A program made the position numbers and the translations under genes. Positions 50,851 through 60,863 of a stretch of 64,000 bases of DNA are shown piece by piece. Under the pieces are notes generated by a model that was not told the DNA's origin, ran no database searches, and worked only from the letters and a program-made list of their open reading frames with translations. The stretch's first letter is position 1. Every line of letters starts with the position of its first letter. Source of the DNA: an uncultured delta proteobacterium (GTDB lineage Bacteria; Desulfobacterota; Desulfobacteria; Desulfobacterales; UBA2156); contig CAVTQK010000006.1 in assembly GCA_963736855.1 (NCBI GenBank), positions 64,001 through 128,000 of the forward strand, in the 5' to 3' direction.

Positions 50851-51990
50851 ATGGCTTATCGGGTTTTGGTTACCGGCGGTGCCGGGTTTATCGGCTCACA
50901 CACAGTGGATGCCCTTATTCAAAAGGGAAATCAGGTGCGGATTCTGGATAATTTTTCGAAAAGGGTCCATCCCCATGGAATACCGGAATACCTGAATGCG
51001 AAAGCCGAATTGATGGTAGGAGATGTTCGCGAAAAGGGGGTCTGGGAAGAAGCGCTCAAGGGCATCGATGTGGTTTACCATTTTGCTGCATATCAGGATT
51101 ACATGCCCGACTTTTCCACCTTTTTTCATGTGAACGCCGTATCCACCGCTTTGCTTTATGAAGTGCTGGTGGAAAAGCGCATGACTGAAAAAATCAGGAA
51201 AATCATTGTTGCGGCAAGCCAGGCGGTCATGGGGGAAGGGCGCCACAGATGTCCCACCTGCCATCCCGAGGGGGGGCATTTCATCTATCCTTCCATCCGG
51301 CTGGAATCCCGGCTTTCTAAGGGAGAGTGGGATCACCAATGCCCCGCATGCAATACCGTCCTCCAATGGGTACCCTCTGACGAATCCGTGGTTCATCCCT
51401 GCAACCAATATGCGCTCTCCAAATATTCCCAGGAGCAGATCGCCCTGAATCTGGCAAAGCGATACGGCATTCCTTCCGTGGTTCTGCGCTATTCCATCGT
51501 TCAGGGAGAAAGGCAGTCCTTTTATAACGCGTATTCCGGCGCCATGCGAATATTTGCCCTTTGCCTGCTGTTTGACTCAAGCCCGGTGATTTTCGAGGAC
51601 GGACACCAGGTCCGGGACTTCGTCAACATCAAAGACGTGGTGGATGCCAACTTGCTGGTATTGGAAAATGATGCGGCAAATGGGCGCGTTATTAATGTGG
51701 GAGGCGGTATCCCCTGGACCATCCTCGACTTTTATCGGTCGATGCAACAAACCCTTAAAAAGGACATCGAACCCCAGATTCCGGGCCGCTATCGGTTCGG
51801 AGATACGCGACATATCGTCTCCGATATCACCCGTCTCCAAACCCTGGGATGGTCGCCTCGACGCACCGTCAAAGACAGCATCAGGGCTTACTGGTCCTAT
51901 ATTACCGGCGAAAAGGCACAAAAAGAGGTTTTGGAATTCGCCGAACAGCAGATGAAACAAATGCAAGTCATTCGGGAAGTTCAACACTAA
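50851..51990 (+). CDS. NAD-dependent epimerase/dehydratase (extended SDR) with Cys-rich insert
   Basis: VLVTGGAGFIGSH, YALSK, RDFV, GDTRH; ATG 50851. Confidence 0.9.
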   Translation: MAYRVLVTGGAGFIGSHTVDALIQKGNQVRILDNFSKRVHPHGIPEYLNAKAELMVGDVREKGVWEEALKGIDVVYHFAAYQDYMPDFSTFFHVNAVSTALLYEVLVEKRMTEKIRKIIVAASQAVMGEGRHRCPTCHPEGGHFIYPSIRLESRLSKGEWDHQCPACNTVLQWVPSDESVVHPCNQYALSKYSQEQIALNLAKRYGIPSVVLRYSIVQGERQSFYNAYSGAMRIFALCLLFDSSPVIFEDGHQVRDFVNIKDVVDANLLVLENDAANGRVINVGGGIPWTILDFYRSMQQTLKKDIEPQIPGRYRFGDTRHIVSDITRLQTLGWSPRRTVKDSIRAYWSYITGEKAQKEVLEFAEQQMKQMQVIREVQH

Positions 51991-52005
51991 TGCGAGGTTT
52001 CTCAA

Positions 52006-52590
52006 ATGGATATCAAAGCCTTTGCGGACCGTTATCTTGCCGAGCTTTCGGATGTGCTATCCGCCTTTAACAAGGAACAATTCGACAAGCTGACCCGGCT
52101 CATCCTGGAGGCTTATGATCTCAATCGGTGCATCTTCATCATGGGAAACGGGGGGAGCGGCGCAACAGCATCCCATTTTGCCTGTGATATCAACAAGGGG
52201 TGCTGCATGGATGTGGAAAAAAAATTCAAGGTCATCTGCCTGAATGACAACATCCCCACTCTTCTGGCTTACGCCAACGACTTATCCTACGACAGGATTT
52301 TCGTGGAACCGATGAAGAACTTTTTCAGCAAGGGGGATGTGGTGATCGGGATATCGGCAAGCGGAAATTCAGAAAATGTCATTAAAGCTATTGCTTTTGC
52401 CAATGAAAATGGCGGAAAGACTGCGGGTCTGTGCGGTTTTTCTGGAGGCAGGCTGGCTCAGATGGCGCATGTTCCTTTCGTGGTTCGCGTGGACGACATG
52501 CAGAAAGTGGAAGATGTCCACGTCATCGTCATCCACATGATCATGCAGGCGGTCTATGCGGAGCTGCATCCGGAGAACGGACTTCGATGA
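52006..52590 (+). CDS. gmhA: Phosphoheptose isomerase (SIS domain)
   Basis: GNGGSGATASH, ANDLSY, ISASGNSEN. Confidence 0.85.
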   Translation: MDIKAFADRYLAELSDVLSAFNKEQFDKLTRLILEAYDLNRCIFIMGNGGSGATASHFACDINKGCCMDVEKKFKVICLNDNIPTLLAYANDLSYDRIFVEPMKNFFSKGDVVIGISASGNSENVIKAIAFANENGGKTAGLCGFSGGRLAQMAHVPFVVRVDDMQKVEDVHVIVIHMIMQAVYAELHPENGLR

Positions 52591-53114
52591 AACATGAGGC
52601 GCTTGTCCGGAAATGGTATGTGCTCCATACCAAAAGCCGTTTTGAAAACGTCGTCACCGAAGGCCTGACGAAAAAATCGTTGGAAGTCTTTCTTCCAAAG
52701 ATTCAGGTTCAAAGCAGACGCAAAGACCGAAAGCTCCTAATCCGGGTTCCCCTATTTCCCGGATATGTCTTTGTAAAAACCGACTTAAACCCTTATCAGC
52801 ATCTGGAAATCGTCAAGACGGTGGGGGCGGTCCGACTCATCGGGAATAAAACCGGACCGGTTCCAGTTAGGGATGAAACGGTGACTTCTCTTCAAATCAT
52901 GATAGCCACCGATCATTCGATTTCCACAGGGAGTCGTCTGAAAAGAGGAGACCGGGTCATGGTGGTAAATGGACCCTTTACCGGGGTGACCGGCATCTTC
53001 ATCCGTTACAAGAGCCAGAGCCGGGTCGTGGTCAATATCGAGGCGCTTGGCCAGTATGCCGCCGTGGATGTAGATCAGGACGATGTGGAAAAGATCCCCC
53101 ATTTCATTCCTTAA
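52587..53114 (+). CDS. Specialised NusG paralog (RfaH/UpxY/LoaP-like antiterminator)
   Basis: WYVLHTKSRFE, PLFPGYVFV, KOW GDRVMVVNGPFTG; second NusG-family gene in the window. Confidence 0.9.
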   Translation: MKHEALVRKWYVLHTKSRFENVVTEGLTKKSLEVFLPKIQVQSRRKDRKLLIRVPLFPGYVFVKTDLNPYQHLEIVKTVGAVRLIGNKTGPVPVRDETVTSLQIMIATDHSISTGSRLKRGDRVMVVNGPFTGVTGIFIRYKSQSRVVVNIEALGQYAAVDVDQDDVEKIPHFIP

Positions 53115-53186
53115 ATCTTGCCTTATTGCCCTTTTTCTTTTAGACTGTCTCCCGTGGTTTGACATCGGAAACCAATTTAAGCAGAG

Positions 53187-54278
53187 ATGGTGATCTCGTC
53201 GATGGAACCTGATTTTGACATCTTGAAACACCAGAAGCATGCGAACCGCCTTCTCGGGGCTTTTCTCAAAAGCGGCCATATCCCCCACGCCCTCCTATTC
53301 ACGGGAATCGAGGGATCGGGTAAAAGAGACGCCGCTTTTGCCTTTGCCATGGCCTGCAACTGCGAGGAGTCCCCGACAGACTGGGTTCAAGGCTTAAAAA
53401 AAACCGTCTTCGGACCGATTCCCTGCGGTTGTTGTCTGCCCTGCCGCAAGATCGTTTCGGGGAATCACCCCGATATGATCCTTCTTGCCCCTGAACAATC
53501 AGTGATCAAGATCGCCCGGATCCGCCAACTCAGTCACGAACTCTCTTTAAAAGCCTATGAAGCCAAAAGACGCGTTGCAGTGATCGTCGATGCGCCCCGG
53601 ATGACACCGGAAGCTGGGAATGCCTTGCTCAAAATGCTGGAGGAACCTCCTCCTCAGACACTTTTGATTCTTACTGCTGTTCAGCGTTCCGATCTGCTCC
53701 CGACTCTGGTTTCCCGCTGCCACTCCATACGGTTCCACCCCCTCCCGGAGAGTCATATTGCCGCCGTCTTGCAGAACCGTCTCGGCCTTTCCGCGGAAGA
53801 GGCCGATGCACTGGCTCCTATGGCCAACGGGAGCCTGTCACGGGCACTTGCCATGGCGAACAGGGAGGCTGGTGCCTCAAAGTGGCTGAATCGCAGGGAG
53901 GCGATTATTTCCGCCTCCGGGTTAGATCACCCGGAAACGTTCTCTTTCGAGCCGCTCACCTTGTCCCTGGCCTTTGCAGAGCGGCTGTCTGACGAAAAGG
54001 AGCGTATCCCAGAGGCCCTCGAAATTCTGCAATGCTACCTTCGGGACCTCATAGCGCTTCGATGGACGTCACCCTATTTATTCAATAAAGACTTGACCCA
54101 AGAGATGCAATATGCTTCACAACATACCCGTCTGGAAGTGCTTATAACGCAAATTGAAGCGATTCAGCGGGCTCAAAGAAACCTTACGGCCAACGTGAAT
54201 CCCAGGCTGGCATTGGAAACCATGATGATTCATCTTCGAAACGCCTGTCATGAACAAGATTGTCGGAATCCGTTTTAA
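53187..54278 (+). CDS. holB: DNA polymerase III subunit delta-prime
   Basis: HALLFTG, PCGCCLPC, HPD, NALLKMLEEPP, LLPTLVSRC. Confidence 0.93.
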   Translation: MVISSMEPDFDILKHQKHANRLLGAFLKSGHIPHALLFTGIEGSGKRDAAFAFAMACNCEESPTDWVQGLKKTVFGPIPCGCCLPCRKIVSGNHPDMILLAPEQSVIKIARIRQLSHELSLKAYEAKRRVAVIVDAPRMTPEAGNALLKMLEEPPPQTLLILTAVQRSDLLPTLVSRCHSIRFHPLPESHIAAVLQNRLGLSAEEADALAPMANGSLSRALAMANREAGASKWLNRREAIISASGLDHPETFSFEPLTLSLAFAERLSDEKERIPEALEILQCYLRDLIALRWTSPYLFNKDLTQEMQYASQHTRLEVLITQIEAIQRAQRNLTANVNPRLALETMMIHLRNACHEQDCRNPF

Positions 54279-55074
54279 GCCGACCGGGAAGGTCTATCAT
54301 TTTGATTGCGGAGCCTTCGTGCTACATGAAAAGGACTCGGTGATCGTCGAAACCGAACAGGGTCTCGAACTGGGCACTGTGGTGGTCGCTCCCTTTACTC
54401 GCGATGAAGACTTTTCGGGCAAACCTTTGAAAAAGGTGTATCGACTGGCCGTGGAGAACGATTTCAAGCAACTGGAACAAAACCGGGAAACAGAAAGGCG
54501 CGCCCTTGCCTTTTGTTTGAACAGCATCCTAAACTTGGGGCTTTCCATGCATCTATTTTCAGTGGAAAGTAATTTCGACGGCAACAAGCTGACCTTCTTC
54601 TTCACCGCGGAAGGGCGTATCGATTTCCGCCAGCTTGTGAAAATGTTGGTAAAAGAACTCGGTACCAGGGTGGAAATGCGTCAGGTCGGAATTCGGAATC
54701 AGGCTAAGATGTGCGGCGGGATCGGGCGCTGTGGAAGGATGTTCTGCTGCTCGAATTTTATCGAGAAGTTCGAGCCGATTTCCATACGTATGGCCAAAGA
54801 GCAGGGGCTGTCCCTCAACCCAACCAAGATTTCCGGGCAGTGTGGCAGATTGATGTGCTGTTTAACCTTCGAAAACGAAACCTATTTGGAATTGAAAAAA
54901 GAACTCCCGCCCATCGGCCATACGGTGAAGACCGCTCGAGGAGAAGGAAAAGTGGTCCGCCACAACATCATTTGTGGCCGCATGGTCATTCAAATAGCCG
55001 ACGGCCAGGAAATCGAAATTCATCGAGACGAAATCCAAGAAACAGAAAAGAGGTACAACAAAATTGACATCTGA
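54250..55074 (+). CDS. ricT: PSP1-domain protein (RicT/YaaT family)
   Basis: FTAEGRIDFR, GGIGRCGR..CC, MAKEQGLSLNPTKISGQCGRLMCCL. Confidence 0.9.
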   Translation: MNKIVGIRFKPTGKVYHFDCGAFVLHEKDSVIVETEQGLELGTVVVAPFTRDEDFSGKPLKKVYRLAVENDFKQLEQNRETERRALAFCLNSILNLGLSMHLFSVESNFDGNKLTFFFTAEGRIDFRQLVKMLVKELGTRVEMRQVGIRNQAKMCGGIGRCGRMFCCSNFIEKFEPISIRMAKEQGLSLNPTKISGQCGRLMCCLTFENETYLELKKELPPIGHTVKTARGEGKVVRHNIICGRMVIQIADGQEIEIHRDEIQETEKRYNKIDI

Positions 55075-56989
55075 ACCTTTTTACGTCACCACCCCTATTT
55101 ATTATGTCAATGCCCGGCCACACTTGGGACACGCCTATACGACTCTTGTTGCGGATGTCCTGTGCCGGTACCAACAAATGAAGCAAAAGGAGACATTCCT
55201 TCTGACCGGCACGGATGAACACGGCGACAAAGTGGTCCAAGCCGCAAAGGCGGAAAACGAAAGCCCCAAGGATTATGTGGATAAAATCAGCGGCCTTTTC
55301 CGTGACCTATGGCCGAAGCTGAACGTACGGCACCACGACTTCATCAGAACCACGGAGCCCCGGCACATTGCGGTGGTGGAACGTGTGCTTCAAAAGATCT
55401 ACGACGCCGGCGATATCTACTTCAGCGAATACGAAGGCCTCTATTGTTTTGGGTGCGAACGTTTTTATACCGAACATGAACTTAAAGACGGCAAATGCCC
55501 GGATCATGAAACGGAGCCCGAACGAATTAGAGAGCATAATTATTTCTTCAAGATGAGCCGGTATCAGGGATGGCTCATCGATCACATTCAGTCCCATCCC
55601 GATTTCATCCGTCCGCAGCGGTACCGAAACGAGGTCCTGTCATTTCTGAAAGAACCCTTAGAGGACCTGTGTATCTCCCGCCCCAAGACCCGCCTGCAAT
55701 GGGGCATTACGCTGCCGTTCGACAATAATTACGTCACCTATGTCTGGTTCGACGCTCTCTTGAACTATGTGTCCGCACTGGGATACCCCGACGGTGAGCG
55801 TTTCTTGAAACTCTGGCCCCATGCCCAACACATCGTTGCCAAAGACATCTTAAAGCCCCACGGCATATACTGGCCTACTATGCTCAAGGCCGCCGGAATC
55901 CCGGTCTACCAGCACCTCAACGTGCATGGATATTGGAACGTGGACCAAAGCAAAATGTCCAAAAGCCTCAAAAACGTCATTGACCCCCTTGCCTTGATTC
56001 AAAGCTATGGACTGGATGCTTTTCGATTCTTCCTCATGCGAGAGATGGTCTTCGGGTTGGATGCCGGCTTTTCCGAGGCGGCTCTGGTCGCCCGCATCAA
56101 CTCCGATTTGGCCAACGACTTGGGTAATCTGTTTTCAAGAACGTTGGCCATGGCCCACAAATACTTCAAAGGACGCGTTCCGGAAGTCTCACTCGAAGCC
56201 CGGCATGAAATAGGATTCAGCATTGAAAAAAAAGCAGGGGATACCGTTTCGGAATTTGAAGCGGCCATGGAATCCTTTGCCTTCCATAAAGCCCTCATGG
56301 CGGTCTGGGAATTTATCAACCAGTTGAACAAATACATCGACGTCACGGCTCCCTGGATACTGGCTAAGGACCCTTCCCAACACGACCTTCTTGCCGCAGT
56401 CATCTCTAACCTGTTGGAAGGACTGTATGTCATATCGGGCCTGATCTATCCGGTCATGCCGAAAACAGCTCAAACCATGCAAAAACATTTAGGGCTGGAG
56501 CCCGATGCCCGGTTTTTCGACCTTGATCGGATAGGCCCGTTTAACCGGATACGCTCCGGAACTCATCTTCCTAAAGCGACTGCCCTTTTTCCGAGGATCG
56601 ACACGGAGAAAAGAAAAAACCAAGGATCCGACGAGACCCATCCGGTCGTAGCGTTGCAAGCCGTCAAACCTGAGATTGACATAGAAACCTTCCGTAAGCT
56701 TGACCTTCGGGTAGTCACCGTCTTGAAGGCCGAATCGATCCCTAAGGCCAAGAAACTTTTAGCGCTGGAAGTCGATATGGGAGAAATACGGACCGTAGTA
56801 TCGGGCATCGCCCAAAGCTACAAGCCGGAAGACCTCATCGGCAAACAGATCGTTATGGCAGCCAACTTAAAGCCGGCTAAAATCATGGGAGTGCTTTCCA
56901 AAGGGATGATGCTGGCCGTCGCAGACGGAGATCATGCCGTCGCCCTGACCGTGGATAAACCGGTCAAGGCGGGGACTCCCGTCACTTGA
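55064..56989 (+). CDS. metG: Methionine--tRNA ligase with C-terminal tRNA-binding domain
   Basis: TTPIYYVN, HLGH, YVWFDAL, KMSKS, ANLKP; TTG start. Confidence 0.98.
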   Translation: MTSEPFYVTTPIYYVNARPHLGHAYTTLVADVLCRYQQMKQKETFLLTGTDEHGDKVVQAAKAENESPKDYVDKISGLFRDLWPKLNVRHHDFIRTTEPRHIAVVERVLQKIYDAGDIYFSEYEGLYCFGCERFYTEHELKDGKCPDHETEPERIREHNYFFKMSRYQGWLIDHIQSHPDFIRPQRYRNEVLSFLKEPLEDLCISRPKTRLQWGITLPFDNNYVTYVWFDALLNYVSALGYPDGERFLKLWPHAQHIVAKDILKPHGIYWPTMLKAAGIPVYQHLNVHGYWNVDQSKMSKSLKNVIDPLALIQSYGLDAFRFFLMREMVFGLDAGFSEAALVARINSDLANDLGNLFSRTLAMAHKYFKGRVPEVSLEARHEIGFSIEKKAGDTVSEFEAAMESFAFHKALMAVWEFINQLNKYIDVTAPWILAKDPSQHDLLAAVISNLLEGLYVISGLIYPVMPKTAQTMQKHLGLEPDARFFDLDRIGPFNRIRSGTHLPKATALFPRIDTEKRKNQGSDETHPVVALQAVKPEIDIETFRKLDLRVVTVLKAESIPKAKKLLALEVDMGEIRTVVSGIAQSYKPEDLIGKQIVMAANLKPAKIMGVLSKGMMLAVADGDHAVALTVDKPVKAGTPVT

Positions 56990-57044
56990 AACCCACAATC
57001 GGCAACATGCACAGCTGGATTTAAAACGATTTAGCCTAAATCTC

Positions 57045-58466
57045 ATGAAACCCGAACTCTCCAAAGAAAAACCCATATTGACCCCATCACCCCGTCAAAC
57101 CTGGCAGGACTATCAGGCCGAATTGAAACGCCGGAATATCCGCAAAAGACACACCCGCAGGTTGGTTCGGTGTGTCATGTTCCTGCTGGTCCTTGCAGCA
57201 TCTCTTTACGGTCTGTCGGTAAGGATCGATGGATTCTCCGGCACTCCGAAAGATTTTTCCGAACCAAAGCCGAGCCTTGCTCTCTCTGATCCGTCAGATT
57301 CCCAAGCGAATAAAACACCGGATTTGGATATTAAGAAAAACAATTGGACGGCCTTGTGGAGAAACCCGTCGTCCTTAAAAGAAATACGACCTCAATGGAC
57401 CTTCCATCAAGACGGCAAGCGCTTTTCCGTGGAAACTACACTAAACGCTTCCCTGCAGCACTTTTTGAATGATAAGATAGATCGAAAATTACCGAAACAG
57501 GTCGCCGTAGTGGTCGTAGAGCCTTCAACCGGACGTATCTTGGCCCTTGCAGGGCACGACCGGATCAATCCTACAAACAACCCGTGCTTGAAAAGCGACT
57601 TTCCGGCAGCCAGTATTTTCAAAATCGTCACTGCTTCGGCCGCTGTTGAAAAACACGCTTTTAAACCCGAGACCTCGTTTTTCTACAACGGACAAAAACA
57701 TACTCTGTATAAATCCCAGCTAAAGAACACCAGGAATAAATACAGCCATTGGATCACGTTACGGGATTCCTTTGCCCAATCCATCAATCCTATATTCGGG
57801 AAATTGGGTATTTATCATCTTGATATGTCTGAAATCGAAAATTATGCCCGGGCATTCGGATTCGGAGAAGAAATCGAATTTGAGTTGGGAAAGTTCCGAA
57901 GCAGTCTGTTCGTTTCCGAGGAGCCTTATCATTTGGCGGAGATTGCCAGCGGATTCAACCGGAAAACCACCCTCTCTCCATTGCACGGAGCCCTCATCGC
58001 ATCGGCTGTCCTCAACGGCGGGAGGTTCATGTCGCCGTCACTCATCGATCGGGTCACCAACGGGGACGGCGAAACGGTTTATCAGGGTCATACTTCCCAG
58101 ATCAGCCAAGCGATATCTCCAAGCACCGCATCGGTCCTCTCGGATCTCATGCAGGCCACCATCCGATCCGGAACCTCCCGTAGAGCCTTCAGCGGTTACC
58201 GTTATGACAAGGTGTTGTCGAAGCTGATCATCGGAGGAAAAACCGGTTCAATTTCCAACATCACCCAGACTTCCAAATATGACTGGTTCGTCGGCTTTGC
58301 CAAGGAAAAAGGGAGGGCGGAAAGCATCGCCGTCTCGGTGCTCGTGGTTCACGGAGAAACGCTTTCCAGGAGAGCCGGATCTTATGCGCGGATGGCCATT
58401 AAGGCCTATTATGAGGAGCATTTCAATGGAAAATCGGCCGTTTCCAATAATAAAAGGCGTTCCTGA
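57045..58466 (+). CDS. Penicillin-binding transpeptidase-domain protein
   Basis: One TM; SIFK (SxxK), SIN (SxN) and KTG motifs. Confidence 0.88.
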   Translation: MKPELSKEKPILTPSPRQTWQDYQAELKRRNIRKRHTRRLVRCVMFLLVLAASLYGLSVRIDGFSGTPKDFSEPKPSLALSDPSDSQANKTPDLDIKKNNWTALWRNPSSLKEIRPQWTFHQDGKRFSVETTLNASLQHFLNDKIDRKLPKQVAVVVVEPSTGRILALAGHDRINPTNNPCLKSDFPAASIFKIVTASAAVEKHAFKPETSFFYNGQKHTLYKSQLKNTRNKYSHWITLRDSFAQSINPIFGKLGIYHLDMSEIENYARAFGFGEEIEFELGKFRSSLFVSEEPYHLAEIASGFNRKTTLSPLHGALIASAVLNGGRFMSPSLIDRVTNGDGETVYQGHTSQISQAISPSTASVLSDLMQATIRSGTSRRAFSGYRYDKVLSKLIIGGKTGSISNITQTSKYDWFVGFAKEKGRAESIAVSVLVVHGETLSRRAGSYARMAIKAYYEEHFNGKSAVSNNKRRS

Positions 58467-58512
58467 TGCGGTATCAAGCCCATAATCTAAAAAAAGTTTG
58501 AGGAGATAGAAT

Positions 58513-59703
58513 ATGCCCGGATTTGAACGGTTTGATGATGCAGAGAGGAAAGAAGTCCAGGAAGTCCTTGAAACCGGCGTTTTGTTCCGTTACGGATTCG
58601 ATTCGGCGAGGCGCGGCCGGTGGAAGGCTCTTGAATTCGAAAGGGCTTTTGCCAAACGACTGGGAGTCGGGTTCTGTTACTTGTGCTCCAACGGGACGGC
58701 CTCCCTCAGCATCGCCCTGGCATCCTGCGGCATCGGCGCCGGAGACGAAGTCATCGTCCCACCCTTTACCTTTGTAGCCACCATTGAAGCGGTCCTTCTT
58801 GCCGGAGCGATACCGATCTACACCGAAATCGACGATACCCTCTGTCTGGACCCCGATGCCGTTAAAAAGACCATCTCCAGCCGCACAAAAGCGGTTATCG
58901 TTGTCCATATGTGCGGCGCCATGGCCAGAATCGATGAGATTCAGGCCGTATGCCGTGAACATGATGTGGTGCTCATCGAGGATGCCTGCCAATCCGTCGG
59001 CGCCACTTTCCAAGGTCAAGCCATAGGCACCTTCGGCCACATGGGATGCTTTTCCTTTGACCCGGTAAAGACCATCACCTGCGGGGAAGGAGGTGCTGTG
59101 GCTACCGACGATGAGAAGCGGTACCGGACGGCCATGGCCTTTGCCGATCACGGGCACGATCATTTGGGAACCGACCGGGGCCGCGAGGGGCATCCGATCT
59201 TGGGAACCAATTTCCGTATCAGCGAACTCAATGCAGCGGTGGGCCTGGCCCAGTTGAGAAAACTCGATACCTTCCTGGAGTTACAACGGAGACATAAACA
59301 TCAGCTCTTGGAAATGATGGGTGCATTCCCCCGTATCACACCCCGGTACATCCCGGATAACGCCGGGGATTCGGCCACTTTTCTTTCTTTCTTCCTTCCA
59401 AACGAGGAAAGCGCGCGGAAAACCGCATGCGCATTGGCGGAAAAAGGAGTTGATGGATGTTTTTACTGGTACGACAACAACTGGCATTACCTAAAACAAT
59501 GGGACCATATCAAGAGGCTTAAAGCGCCCGCAAAGCTGCCTATCAGACTCATCGAATCAAGACCGGACTATCAGAAGATTCATCTTCCCCGTTCGGACAG
59601 CATCATGAGCTGTATGATTTCCATGCAGATCAAGCTCTCCTGGACCGAAGAGGATATCCAAAAAAGAATGGATGCGATGGCTGATATATTTTCCAAAATT
59701 TGA
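58513..59703 (+). CDS. kdnA: DegT-family aminotransferase, KdnA-like (8-amino-Kdo synthesis)
   Basis: MPGFE...FRYGFD N-terminus, EDACQ, SFDPVKTITCGEGG, DHGHDH, YWYDNNWHY; adjacent to a kdnB-like gene. Confidence 0.85.
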   Translation: MPGFERFDDAERKEVQEVLETGVLFRYGFDSARRGRWKALEFERAFAKRLGVGFCYLCSNGTASLSIALASCGIGAGDEVIVPPFTFVATIEAVLLAGAIPIYTEIDDTLCLDPDAVKKTISSRTKAVIVVHMCGAMARIDEIQAVCREHDVVLIEDACQSVGATFQGQAIGTFGHMGCFSFDPVKTITCGEGGAVATDDEKRYRTAMAFADHGHDHLGTDRGREGHPILGTNFRISELNAAVGLAQLRKLDTFLELQRRHKHQLLEMMGAFPRITPRYIPDNAGDSATFLSFFLPNEESARKTACALAEKGVDGCFYWYDNNWHYLKQWDHIKRLKAPAKLPIRLIESRPDYQKIHLPRSDSIMSCMISMQIKLSWTEEDIQKRMDAMADIFSKI

Positions 59704-59789
59704 CGAGGTATCTCTACCTAATTCCGGGGAGCACTCAGATCGGATAATTTAAAACACCGACAATTCGAAAACGACAAGGACTGACAATC

Positions 59790-60857
59790 ATGTTTCGAAA
59801 CTTTAAAACAGTCTCACGGGTGCTCTATGGCCGTGGCAGCTTCGATCAGCTGGAGGATATCCTTCGAGAAAAACGGAAGGAAAATGGATCTTATATCGTC
59901 TTTATGGTGGATGAAGTATTCAAGGACCAACCTTTTCAGGACCGTATTCCCGCCCTTGAAACGGACCGGGTCATTTTTATCAACGTTAAGGAAGAACCCA
60001 CCACCGATTATGTCGATGATCTGACTCTCAGAGTTCAGCGTCTTTCTGCAACGCCTCCGAACGGAGTCGTGGGAATCGGAGGGGGAAGCACCATGGACCT
60101 GGCAAAGGCCGTGTCATTGATGCTGACCAATCCCGGATCGGCAGCCGACTACCAGGGTTGGGACCTCATCCGAAACCCCGCGGTTTACCATGTGGGAGTG
60201 CCGACCCTTTCAGGAACCGGAGCGGAGGTATCCCGAACCACCGTGCTGATCGGTCCTCAACGAAAACTAGGGATCAACTCCGACCATACGGTTTTTGACC
60301 AGATCCTCCTCGACCCGGATCTGATCGCATCGCCACCGGCCGATCAACGATTTTATACCGGGATGGATTGCTATATCCATTGTGTAGAATCCCTGAGCGG
60401 AACCTATTTAAATGCCTTCAGCAAGGCCTACGGTGAAAAAGCCATGGCCCTTTGCCGTGAAGTCTTCCTGACACCCACCACCGACGCGGATGAAAAGTTG
60501 ATGATGGCATCTTATTTCGGAGGTATGAGTATCGTTTATTCACAAGTGGGTGTCTGTCACGCCTTATCCTACGGTCTTTCTTTCGTACTGGGGATCCACC
60601 ATGGCATCGGAAATTGCATCGTCTTCAATCGGCTTGAAGAATTCTATCCCGAAGGTGTTCGCGAATTCAGGCGGATGATGGATTTCAACGGGATCTCTTT
60701 GCCGGAAAATCGGGTCTCCGGCATCGAGGTTCAAAAACTGGAAAAGATGATCGACGTCTCTTTAACACTGGATCCCCTTTGGGAGAATGCGCTGGGAAAA
60801 ACCTGGAAACGCGTTATGACCCGGGATCGGATCAAAGAACTGTATTTACGGATGTAA
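59790..60857 (+). CDS. kdnB: Metal-dependent alcohol dehydrogenase, KdnB-like (Kdo 8-oxidase)
   Basis: MFRNFK..GRGSF, GGGSTMDLAK, YQGWDL, PTLSGTGAE, DCYIHCVE, HALSYG, HHGIGNC. Confidence 0.85.
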   Translation: MFRNFKTVSRVLYGRGSFDQLEDILREKRKENGSYIVFMVDEVFKDQPFQDRIPALETDRVIFINVKEEPTTDYVDDLTLRVQRLSATPPNGVVGIGGGSTMDLAKAVSLMLTNPGSAADYQGWDLIRNPAVYHVGVPTLSGTGAEVSRTTVLIGPQRKLGINSDHTVFDQILLDPDLIASPPADQRFYTGMDCYIHCVESLSGTYLNAFSKAYGEKAMALCREVFLTPTTDADEKLMMASYFGGMSIVYSQVGVCHALSYGLSFVLGIHHGIGNCIVFNRLEEFYPEGVREFRRMMDFNGISLPENRVSGIEVQKLEKMIDVSLTLDPLWENALGKTWKRVMTRDRIKELYLRM

Positions 60858-60863
60858 ATCAAA

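Noticed and set aside
44414..54278. Idea that inversion between the 37k/47k repeats separated tmk from holB
   Set aside because: Inverting that segment would move tmk further from holB rather than restore adjacency
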